NCBI GenBank assembly: GCA_041497675.1
Contig: JBGQGY010000037.1
Span: forward strand, 1 to 27,268
Direction: 5' to 3'
Origin: a bacterium
GTDB taxonomy: Bacteria; Sysuimicrobiota; Sysuimicrobiia; Sysuimicrobiales; Humicultoraceae
Length of the DNA: 27,268 nt
In this document: positions 8,879 to 16,644 of the stretch, piece after piece
Position numbering within the stretch: the first letter of the stretch is position 1
Layout: every line of letters starts with the position of its first letter
Notes under the pieces: generated by a model
Databases searched by the model: none
What the model saw: only the letters and a program-made list of their open reading frames with translations
Told to the model about the DNA's origin: nothing
Made by a program: the position numbers and the translations under genes

Positions 8879-9755
8879 CCCCGAGTCCACGGTCTTGGCC
8901 GTCCCTGGACACCGGGGGCGCCGGCATCCCGTGCGGCGCTTTCTCCAGCAGTATCCGGTGGGAGCCGTGGGTGGCGCCATCGTCGTTGCCCTGCTGCTGG
9001 TGGCGGTGTTCGCGCGGTGGGTGGCTCCCGCTGATCCGCTGGTCATAGACTTCGGCGCGATGTTCCGCCCCCCCGGGCGTGCCCACTGGTTTGGCACCGA
9101 CTCCTTTGGCCGAGACGTGCTCAGCCGGATCATCCACGGGGCCCGCACGGCGTTCATCGTAGGCTTCGGATCCTCGGTCACCGGGGCGACGATCGGTGCG
9201 GTCGTCGGTGTGGCCAGCGCCTACTTCGGCGGGTTCACGGACCTGATCGTGCAGCGTCTGGTCGATGTGCTGATCTCGTTCCCCATCATCATTCTTGCAC
9301 TGTCCATCGTCGCCATTATCGGCGCCGGTACCGACAAGCTCATCGTGGCCATTGCGTTATCGTTTCTGCCACGCGCCGAGCGCGTCGTCCGGAGCAGCGC
9401 CCTGGCCGTCCGCGAGATGGTGTACATCGACGCCGCCAGGGCGATCGGCGGCTCACCGGCCCGCATCATCTTCAGACACATGGCGCCCAACGTGACCGCG
9501 TCGTTTCTGATCATGCTCACCACGTTCCTGGGGCAGGCGATTCTGCTGGAGGCGTCGCTGTCGTTCTTGGGGCTGGGCCTCTCGGAGCCGACGCCGGCCT
9601 GGGGCTTGATGCTTCGCGGTGCGGCGGTGGATTTCGTGCAGAAGGCTCCATGGATGGCGGTCTTTCCAGGGCTGGCGATCAGCGTGACGGTGCTGGCGTT
9701 CAACGTGCTGGGCGACGCGTTGCGCGATGCGCTCGATCCCAGGCTGCGGGGCTGA
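8862..9755 (+). CDS. ABC permease, DppC/OppC type (module 1)
   Basis: HWFGTDSFGRDVLSRIIHGAR, EAA-loop YIDAARAIG, EASLSFLGLG and GDALRDALDPR. The GTG start overlaps the upstream gene, so the start position is uncertain. Confidence 0.92.
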   Translation: MSLTSSPESTVLAVPGHRGRRHPVRRFLQQYPVGAVGGAIVVALLLVAVFARWVAPADPLVIDFGAMFRPPGRAHWFGTDSFGRDVLSRIIHGARTAFIVGFGSSVTGATIGAVVGVASAYFGGFTDLIVQRLVDVLISFPIIILALSIVAIIGAGTDKLIVAIALSFLPRAERVVRSSALAVREMVYIDAARAIGGSPARIIFRHMAPNVTASFLIMLTTFLGQAILLEASLSFLGLGLSEPTPAWGLMLRGAAVDFVQKAPWMAVFPGLAISVTVLAFNVLGDALRDALDPRLRG

Positions 9756-9845
9756 CGCGCCGCCGCGGCACACCTCGCTCCAGGCCACGACTAGCCCGGT
9801 ATCGAACTAGTTTCGCGCTGACAACAGTTGATGAGGAGGAATGTG

Positions 9846-10304
9846 ATGAAGGCGGAAGCCAAGCTCGCCGAACTCGGATTACAACTTCCCACCGCACCGG
9901 GGCCGATCGCGAACTACGTGCGCGCCGTCAGGGTGGGCAACCTGTTGTTCGTCTCTGGACACGGTCCAACGCGCGACGGCAAGTATCTCTTCACCGGCAA
10001 GCTCGGCACAGACCTGACCGTAGACGATGGATACAAAGCGGCGCAGCTCGTGTGCCTCAACTGTCTGGCGTCGGTGCGGGAGGCCCTCGGAGATCTGGAC
10101 CGCGTCAAGCGGGTCGTCAAGCTGCTGGGCATGGTCAACAGCGCCCCGGACTTCGGCCACCAGCCCGAGGTGATCAACGGTGCGTCGGATCTGCTGGTGC
10201 AACTGTACGGCGATTCGGGCCGCCACGCGCGGTCGGCCGTCGGCATGGGTGCCCTGCCGCGGAACATCGCCGTCGAGATCGAGATGATTCTTGAGGTGGA
10301 GTGA
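9846..10304 (+). CDS. Rid (RidA/YjgF/YER057c/UK114) family enamine/imine deaminase, Rid1-like
   Basis: GAGGAGG SD before ATG 9846; ANYV, LLFVSGHGP, VINGASDL, GRHARSAVG (conserved catalytic Arg) and VEIE. Confidence 0.9.
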   Translation: MKAEAKLAELGLQLPTAPGPIANYVRAVRVGNLLFVSGHGPTRDGKYLFTGKLGTDLTVDDGYKAAQLVCLNCLASVREALGDLDRVKRVVKLLGMVNSAPDFGHQPEVINGASDLLVQLYGDSGRHARSAVGMGALPRNIAVEIEMILEVE

Positions 10305-10322
10305 TGCGGTCGCGTTGGGCGA

Positions 10323-11075
10323 TCAGGTCATGTAGAGACCGCCGTTGACGTTCACCGTCTCGCCAACGACAAAACTCGCGGCGTCGGTCGCCAGGAAGCC
10401 GACGACCTCGCCGATTTCTTCCGGGCGTCCGATGCGGCCGAGGGGAATGCCCTGTCGGAGCATCTCGAGTTGCTCGGGGCTGGTGAGGGTGCGCTGAAAC
10501 CCGGTGTCGATCGTGCCCGGGGAGACGGCCAGGACCCGGACCCCCTGCGGGGCCAGCGCCCGTGCCAGAGCCCGCGTCAGGGTCAACAGCGCGCCCTTCG
10601 CTGAGGAATACGCAAACACGGTGTCGGTGCCGCCGAGGTTCGCGGCGGTCGAGAGGATATTGATGATGACGCCCTTCCCACGGCGCGTCATGGCGGGTGT
10701 GAGCGCCTGGCACAGATACAGCGCGGCGCGGTAGTTCAGGTTGAAGACCTGGTCGAGAAATGGGGCATTCAGTTCCGTCCAGTGGACGCGCCGGATTGGC
10801 GTGCCGGCGTTGTTGACCAGGATATCGATGGGGGCGAACGCGCCGGCCTCGGCCGCGATCCGCCTGACATCCGTCTCAACGGTCAAGTCACCCAGCAGGA
10901 CGCGATGCCGCCGGCCAAGTGCTCCAACCTCCGCGGCCAGCGCGTGCGCGCCGGCCGCGTTCTTGTTACCGTGTATCGCGACGTTGGCGCCGCGCCGGGC
11001 CAGCGCCCGCACGATGGCGGCGCCGATGTCGCTGGTGCCGCCCGTGACCAGGGCCGCGCGCCCGTCGAGTTCCAT
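10323..11075 (-). CDS. Short-chain dehydrogenase/reductase (classical SDR)
   Basis: VTGGTSDIG, LVNNAG, YSSAK, SPGTIDT, IPLGRIG and VNVNGG; GAGGGAG SD. Confidence 0.9.
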   Translation of the reverse strand: MELDGRAALVTGGTSDIGAAIVRALARRGANVAIHGNKNAAGAHALAAEVGALGRRHRVLLGDLTVETDVRRIAAEAGAFAPIDILVNNAGTPIRRVHWTELNAPFLDQVFNLNYRAALYLCQALTPAMTRRGKGVIINILSTAANLGGTDTVFAYSSAKGALLTLTRALARALAPQGVRVLAVSPGTIDTGFQRTLTSPEQLEMLRQGIPLGRIGRPEEIGEVVGFLATDAASFVVGETVNVNGGLYMT

Positions 11076-11083
11076 CTCCCTCG

Positions 11084-12079
11084 CTACTCGGGCACGCGCA
11101 TGCCAAGACCTTTCATGACCTCGCGCTCGGCCTCCGCAAACGGCGTCTCTTTAAACGCGTGGTCCATGGCCGTGAACGTCTTGTATCCGCCTGCCTGCTC
11201 GGCATCCCACTCGTCTGCGAACTTCCCCGACCGGATGTAGGCCAGCACGTCCTGCATGGTCGTCCGCAGGTCCGGCGGCGAGAAACGCGACAGACGGCTC
11301 TTGGTCCCGTACCGGCTGGTGGGCGAGTGCAGCCCAGTTTGACCGACCCACCCGTGTTTGGCGGCTTCGTGCAGCACGTCGCCCATCTCGCCCGAGAGAT
11401 ACAGTTCGAGGACGGCCGCGACTTTGGGATAGCCCGCCGCCACTGCGACCTCGACGGCCGTCGTGAGCGCCGCCGAAATCGCCGGGACCAGTGCCTGCTC
11501 GGTGAACAGATCCAGCTCCGTCTCGTCTTTGAAGCTCACGTGCAGCGCAAACGACTTCAACGATCCGATGGCCTTGGCCAGCGCCAGCGTGAGCGGCCAG
11601 GCCTGGCCATCGGCGTCTTGGTGCACGTCGACGAAGCTCAGGAATCCCTGGCCCCGGACATAGTGGTCGCGTACGGCGACCCCCACGGTGCGCGGCGCCA
11701 CCATGATCACGTTGATGTCGGGAGGGAACACGATCTGATTGAAACAGACGCAGTATCCGGACGCAAAGACTAGGGTGTTCCCCTTCGTCAATCCTGGCCG
11801 AATCGACGCCCGGTAGATCGCCGGCGTCACCTCATCGGGCAGCAACGACATCACGATGTCACCGCGTCTGGCGGCGTCGTCGATCGTGTGCAGGCTGAAA
11901 CCGTCGCGTTTGGCCTGCGCGGCGTAGTCGTCGTCGGCGTTGCCCACGATCACCGTCATCCCGCTGTCGCGCAGGTTGAGGGCCTGAGCCCGACCCTGGT
12001 TGCCGTACCCGAGGATCGCAATGGTCTTTGCACGCAGCGGGTCAAGCGTAGCGTCGGTTTCTCGAAAGATGCGGGTCAT
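11084..12079 (-). CDS. ilvC: Ketol-acid reductoisomerase-like protein (divergent IlvC paralogue), 331 aa
   Basis: Likely start is ATG 12079 with a GGAAAGGA SD, not the 677-aa ORF start. Motifs ILGYGNQGRAQALNLRDSG, LLPDE, MVAPR, ETELDLFTEQ, HSPTSRYG and IRSGKFADEW. Confidence 0.85.
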   Translation of the reverse strand: MTRIFRETDATLDPLRAKTIAILGYGNQGRAQALNLRDSGMTVIVGNADDDYAAQAKRDGFSLHTIDDAARRGDIVMSLLPDEVTPAIYRASIRPGLTKGNTLVFASGYCVCFNQIVFPPDINVIMVAPRTVGVAVRDHYVRGQGFLSFVDVHQDADGQAWPLTLALAKAIGSLKSFALHVSFKDETELDLFTEQALVPAISAALTTAVEVAVAAGYPKVAAVLELYLSGEMGDVLHEAAKHGWVGQTGLHSPTSRYGTKSRLSRFSPPDLRTTMQDVLAYIRSGKFADEWDAEQAGGYKTFTAMDHAFKETPFAEAEREVMKGLGMRVPE

Positions 12080-12125
12080 GGGGATGGTCCTTTCCCAGAG
12101 AGTGGGTGGGGCGTACACGCATTTA

Positions 12126-12157
12126 GTTCTCTGAACGGTTGATATATCCTGTGGTGG
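12126..12157 (+). promoter_or_regulatory. Divergent promoter region with a -10 box and short palindromes
   Basis: A relatively AT-rich 78-bp gap separates divergent genes. TATCCT (12145-12150) lies 7 nt before ATG 12158. Palindromes are GATATATC (12141-12148) and GTTC-N3-GAAC (12126-12136). Confidence 0.5.
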
Positions 12158-13108
12158 ATGAAAGCGTTTCTGGTGCGCCGTCTGATTTCCACCCTCGCGG
12201 CGGCGCTGGCACTCTCGATGCTCATCTTCCTGCTCATCAGGCTCGTCCCTGGCGACGCCGTGACGATGTGGGTCGGGCAGGAGGGGACGATGACGCCTGA
12301 GGTCAGGCAGACGCTGCGGAAGATGTTTGGCCTGGCCGAACCGCTGCCGGTCCAGTACCTGCACTGGCTGGGGGATGTGGTGCGCGGGGATCTCGGGTAC
12401 TCGTTTCGGTCGCGTCTCCCCGTCTCGCTGCTGATGGGGCGCGCGCTCCCGATCACGGTCGAACTCGCGGTCATGGCCATGGTGCTCTCCGTCGTCGTGG
12501 CCGTGCCGCTTGGGATTCTCTCCGCGGTCCGGCGGAACACGCCGAGCGACGTGGTCGCGCGGGTCCTGGGGCTGTTGGGGCTGTCCATGCCGAGCTTCTG
12601 GCTGGCCGTCCTGATGATCCTGGTGAGCGCCAGCTACTTCCGGTGGCTCCCGTCCTTGTTTTACGTGGGGCTGTTCAAGAACCCCGTCGAAAACCTCAAA
12701 CAGATGTTGATGCCGGTGGCCTCGCTGGCACTCCCGCTGATGGCCGTCGTGATGCGCATGACCCGGTCGACCATGCTGGAAACGCTGAACCAGGACTACG
12801 TCCGCACCGCGCGCGCCAAGGGCGTGACCGAACGCCTGATGTTGTGGCGCCATGCGTTGAAGAACGCCTTGATCCCGATCATCACCGTCGTCGGCATCCA
12901 GCTGGGGCGCCTGCTCGGCGGCGCGGTGATCGTCGAGCAGATCTTTAGCCTCCCGGGCGTCGGCATCACGCTGATCGCCTCGATCGCCGAACGAGACTAC
13001 CCGATGGTCCAGGGCACCATCCTGATGATGGGGCTCCTCTTCATCGGCGTGCAGTTTCTGGTGGATCTCTGCTACGGGTACATCGATCCGCGGATCCGGT
13101 ACGGATGA
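12158..13108 (+). CDS. ABC permease, DppB/OppB type (module 2)
   Basis: VPGD, GDLGYS, PSFWLA, MRMTRSTMLETLNQDYVRTARAKG, HALKNA and DPRIRYG. Confidence 0.93.
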   Translation: MKAFLVRRLISTLAAALALSMLIFLLIRLVPGDAVTMWVGQEGTMTPEVRQTLRKMFGLAEPLPVQYLHWLGDVVRGDLGYSFRSRLPVSLLMGRALPITVELAVMAMVLSVVVAVPLGILSAVRRNTPSDVVARVLGLLGLSMPSFWLAVLMILVSASYFRWLPSLFYVGLFKNPVENLKQMLMPVASLALPLMAVVMRMTRSTMLETLNQDYVRTARAKGVTERLMLWRHALKNALIPIITVVGIQLGRLLGGAVIVEQIFSLPGVGITLIASIAERDYPMVQGTILMMGLLFIGVQFLVDLCYGYIDPRIRYG

Positions 13109-13956
13109 AGCCGACACCGTCGCACGCGGCGGGGCTGGGACGCCTGGCGCGGCGGAACCTGGTCGGTGTCTGTGGCATCACCGTGGTGGTGGCGCTCATC
13201 ACTATCGCGGTGTTCGCGCAGCGGCTGAGCCCCTTCGACCCCAACGCGCAGGTGGGACGGCGGCTCAGCCCGCCGGAGGCCCAGCACGTCCTGGGGTTGG
13301 ATCAACTCGGCCGAGACGTGTTGAGCCGTCTCATCTTCGGGGCGCGGGTCGCGCTGCTCGTCAGCGTGGTGTCGATCGGCCTCTCGCTGCTCGCCGGCGT
13401 CGGTCTGGGCCTCGCGGCCGGATACTACGGGGGAGTCGCCGACAACCTGATCATGCGCGTGATGGACTTGATGTTCACGCTGCCGTCATTCGTGCTGGCG
13501 GTGGCGCTGGCGGGCCTGCTGGGACCCAGCCTGAGTAACGTGATCATCGCCATCGCGCTGGTCACGACACCCACGATCGCCAGGATTACCCGGGCGCCCG
13601 TCCTCGCGGCGCGCGAGACGGAGTACGTCGCCAGCGCGCGGGCCGCGGGCGCCGGTGACGCGCGTATCATGCTGCGCCACGTGCTGCCGAATATCGTCGC
13701 GCCCATCATCGTCCAGGCTACCGTGAGCGTCGCCGATGCGATTCTGATCGAAGCGGGATTGAGTTTTCTCGGTCTGGGCGTGCAGTCACCGCTCACGTCC
13801 TGGGGGAACATGCTGGGGACGGGACGGAACTTCATGGAGCTGGCGAATGGGCTCTCGATCTTCCCAGGAGCCGCGATCATGCTGGCCGTCCTGGGGTTCA
13901 ATTTTGCCGGCGACGGCCTGCGGGACGTGCTCGATCCGCGGCTGCGGGGGGTCTAG
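13105..13956 (+). CDS. ABC permease, DppC/OppC type (module 2)
   Basis: ATGA overlap with the upstream gene; LGLDQLGRDVLSRLIFGAR, EYVASARAAGA, HVLPN, EAGLSFLGLG and GDGLRDVLDPR. Confidence 0.93.
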   Translation: MKPTPSHAAGLGRLARRNLVGVCGITVVVALITIAVFAQRLSPFDPNAQVGRRLSPPEAQHVLGLDQLGRDVLSRLIFGARVALLVSVVSIGLSLLAGVGLGLAAGYYGGVADNLIMRVMDLMFTLPSFVLAVALAGLLGPSLSNVIIAIALVTTPTIARITRAPVLAARETEYVASARAAGAGDARIMLRHVLPNIVAPIIVQATVSVADAILIEAGLSFLGLGVQSPLTSWGNMLGTGRNFMELANGLSIFPGAAIMLAVLGFNFAGDGLRDVLDPRLRGV

Positions 13957-14030
13957 CAGGGACGGGTTCCCCAAGACAGAAGTTCTGGCACGTCCATACA
14001 GTCGCGTGTCCACGTGAGGGAGGAACAGCG

Positions 14031-15632
14031 ATGAGGGAGAACGGTCATGAAGCCGGGAAACGTCAGGGGAGGCGTCGGGGTCTGACGCGGCGCCAGCTCC
14101 TCAAGGCGGCCGGCGCGGCCGGTCTGATGAGCCTGACGGGGATGCGGACGGTGTCGGCGCTGGCGGCCCCCGCCGTGATCATCAAGCGCGGGGGCGCGCT
14201 GAACTGGGCCGAGGTCAACGATCCGATCAGCTTCGACCCGCACAACCGCGTCAACGCCTCGGCGACCGTCATGCAGCGGCTGGTGTATCAGTGCTTCACC
14301 CGGCAGAATCCGCGGACCATGGCCGTCGAGCCCGCCCTCGCCACGAAGTGGGAGTACACGAAACCCACCGAGCTCGTCTGGACGCTGCGTCAAGGCGTCA
14401 CATTCCACAACGGCCAGCCGTTTACGGCGGAAGACGCCAAGTGGAACGTCGACCGCGCGCTTGATCCGAGGACGGGCAGCCCGTTCGCCGTCTGGTACGA
14501 GGCCGTCGAGAAGACCGAGGTCGTCAACCGCAACGTCGTCAAGATGACGCTCAAGCGGCCCGATCCGTTGCTGCCGGGCAAGTTTGGCGCCATGCGCGTC
14601 CTCGGGTTCGCCCCCGGGGGGTCTGACCCGCGATCGCTGGCGTCGAACCCGATTGGGACCGGACCCTATAGACTCGTCGAATGGGCGCCGAACGACCACG
14701 CGACGTTTACCCGCAACGAGCGCTACTGGGAACGGGGCATTCCCTATATCGACACGCTGAACGTCAAGTACATCACGCAGGAAGATCCCCGGATCGCCGG
14801 CCTGCGCGCAGGCGCGATCGACTTTTCGATTGTCAGCGCCGATGGTGCAAGACGGCTCGCAGGCAGCCCGAACCTCAAGTTCATCAAAGGGGTGCACGGG
14901 GTGTTCACGGTCATCAAGTTCCACCAGCGGTTCCCGCCGTTTCGGGACCGGCGCGTGCGGCAGGCGATGAATCTGTCCATCGACCGAAAGGAGATCATCG
15001 AAAAAGCCCTGGGGGGATCGGGGGTCATGATCGGCCCGATCGTCTACGGCTGGGAAGACTACGGCATTCCACCGGAGCAACTGCCCTACAAGGTCGATGT
15101 CGATCAGGCGAAGAAGTTGATGGCCGAGGCCGGATACCCCGGCGGTTTTGAGGTCACCGCGGTCACGCTGCCCGAGGGACACCCCGCGGCGTTTTATCCC
15201 ACCATTGCGACCGCCGCCGAGCACTGGAAGCGAATCGGCATCACGGTCAGGATCCTGCAGCTCGAGCTCGGCGCGTGGCTACAGCGAAACAACACGCTCG
15301 ACTACGACATGCTCGTCGGGAACCGCGGCTTCCGCGGCGATCCCATCGACGTCCTCCAGCCACACTATCACCCGAAGGGCAGCGACAACCCGCTGGGCTA
15401 CTCGAATTCGCAGGTGCAACGCTGGATTGAGCAGGCCGCGGTGGAGCCCGACCGTCTGAAGCGCCGCGACCTGTACCTGAAGATTCAGATGAAGGTGCTC
15501 GAGGACGTGCCGTGGCTGTTGTTGTGGGCGCCCATCGAGAACTACGCCATGCAGCGGTCGGTCATGGGGTACGATCAAGTCCCGTTCGACAGCTTCAAGG
15601 ACCTGATCTGGACGACCTGGCTGGACCGGTAG
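14031..15632 (+). CDS. ABC transporter substrate-binding protein, family 5, with Tat signal (module 2)
   Basis: GGGAGG SD; twin-arginine LTRRQLLK; KRGGAL, PALATKWE, VTFHNG, IGTGPY and PPFRDRRVRQAM. Confidence 0.93.
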   Translation: MRENGHEAGKRQGRRRGLTRRQLLKAAGAAGLMSLTGMRTVSALAAPAVIIKRGGALNWAEVNDPISFDPHNRVNASATVMQRLVYQCFTRQNPRTMAVEPALATKWEYTKPTELVWTLRQGVTFHNGQPFTAEDAKWNVDRALDPRTGSPFAVWYEAVEKTEVVNRNVVKMTLKRPDPLLPGKFGAMRVLGFAPGGSDPRSLASNPIGTGPYRLVEWAPNDHATFTRNERYWERGIPYIDTLNVKYITQEDPRIAGLRAGAIDFSIVSADGARRLAGSPNLKFIKGVHGVFTVIKFHQRFPPFRDRRVRQAMNLSIDRKEIIEKALGGSGVMIGPIVYGWEDYGIPPEQLPYKVDVDQAKKLMAEAGYPGGFEVTAVTLPEGHPAAFYPTIATAAEHWKRIGITVRILQLELGAWLQRNNTLDYDMLVGNRGFRGDPIDVLQPHYHPKGSDNPLGYSNSQVQRWIEQAAVEPDRLKRRDLYLKIQMKVLEDVPWLLLWAPIENYAMQRSVMGYDQVPFDSFKDLIWTTWLDR

Positions 15633-15638
15633 GACGGG

Positions 15639-16625
15639 GTGGGAGTGGCTGACCTGCGGGTGCACGTCGCCAGCCGCTTATCCGAGGAACACCTGGACCG
15701 GATCCGGGGCGTGTCCCCCCGTGTGCGGCTCACCTATCAGCCGTACTCGCCTTACGAGCCGTCCGCTGGGCTTGAGGGCGCGCTGGTCGACGTCGAAGTG
15801 CTCTTTTCGCACCACGCGCGATTTGCGATGAATGCCTCGCCGCGTCTCCGCTGGCTACAGCTCCCCGGCGACGGCGTGGATCATCTGCGGGGCGCCCCGG
15901 TGATGCAGAGCGGCGTCACGATCACCAACACGCGAGTGTTTGGCATCCCGATCACCGAATACGTCTTCGCGTCGATCATCGCGTACTATCGGCGGTTCCC
16001 GCAGATGATGGTGCGATTTCAGCAGGGGCGGGTCTGGCCGCGCAATCAGTGGGACGAGTATGCCGGCGAGGACCTGGCGGGCAAGGTCATGGCCATCATC
16101 GGCTACGGGGCGATCGGGCGCCGTCTGGCCCGGGTTGCCGAGAGTTTCGACGTGACGGTCATCGCCACGCGCCGCAGCATTGCGTCGATGGTCCGCGAGG
16201 ATCGGATCGAAGTGCACCCCGCCGGTCACCTACACCAAGTGCTGGCCCGGGCGGACGTGGTGGTTGTCTGTCTGCCCCTCACGGACGAGACCGAAGGGGC
16301 CATCGGTGAGGCCGAACTACGGGCGATGAAGCCAAGTGCCTATCTGGTCAACATCGGGCGTGGAAAAGTGATCGACGAGCATGCCCTGCTGCGAGCACTG
16401 AGCGAAAAATGGATCGGCGGCGCCGGGCTGGATGTCCATGCGCAGACGCCGCTGCCGGCGGACAGCCCGTTCTTCGATTTGCCGAACGTCATCCTGACCC
16501 CACACATGTCAGGGGTCAGCCAGGGCTACTTCGAGCGCGTCACGGAGCTCTTCTGTGAGAACTTGGGCCGGTATCTATCCGGCGAGCCACTGATCAATCT
16601 CGTGGACAAACAGAAGGGGTACTAG
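15639..16625 (+). CDS. D-isomer-specific 2-hydroxyacid dehydrogenase family protein
   Basis: LRWLQ, GVD, IIGYGAIG, ATRRS, CLPLTDET, VNIGRG, LDV..TPLP and TPHMSG. An alternative GTG start is at 15645. Confidence 0.9.
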   Translation: MGVADLRVHVASRLSEEHLDRIRGVSPRVRLTYQPYSPYEPSAGLEGALVDVEVLFSHHARFAMNASPRLRWLQLPGDGVDHLRGAPVMQSGVTITNTRVFGIPITEYVFASIIAYYRRFPQMMVRFQQGRVWPRNQWDEYAGEDLAGKVMAIIGYGAIGRRLARVAESFDVTVIATRRSIASMVREDRIEVHPAGHLHQVLARADVVVVCLPLTDETEGAIGEAELRAMKPSAYLVNIGRGKVIDEHALLRALSEKWIGGAGLDVHAQTPLPADSPFFDLPNVILTPHMSGVSQGYFERVTELFCENLGRYLSGEPLINLVDKQKGY

Positions 16626-16644
16626 CAGATTGCCGACGCGCGCC

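Noticed and set aside
8116..9048. Same-strand alternative-frame ORFs (310 aa here, 299 aa at 25205-26104) as overprinted genes
   Set aside because: Low-complexity Arg/Gly/Pro/Ala translations are expected from GC3-rich codon usage, and there is no independent support.
9803..9815. Near-palindrome CGAACTAGTTTCG upstream of the Rid gene
   Set aside because: It has an 8-bp perfect core and a single occurrence, so it cannot be told from chance.
11084..13117. 677-aa ORF suggesting an IlvC fusion with a 346-aa N-terminal extension
   Set aside because: The extension is mostly the stop-free antisense shadow of the permease gene at 12158-13108. IlvC similarity begins at ATG 12079, which has its own SD.
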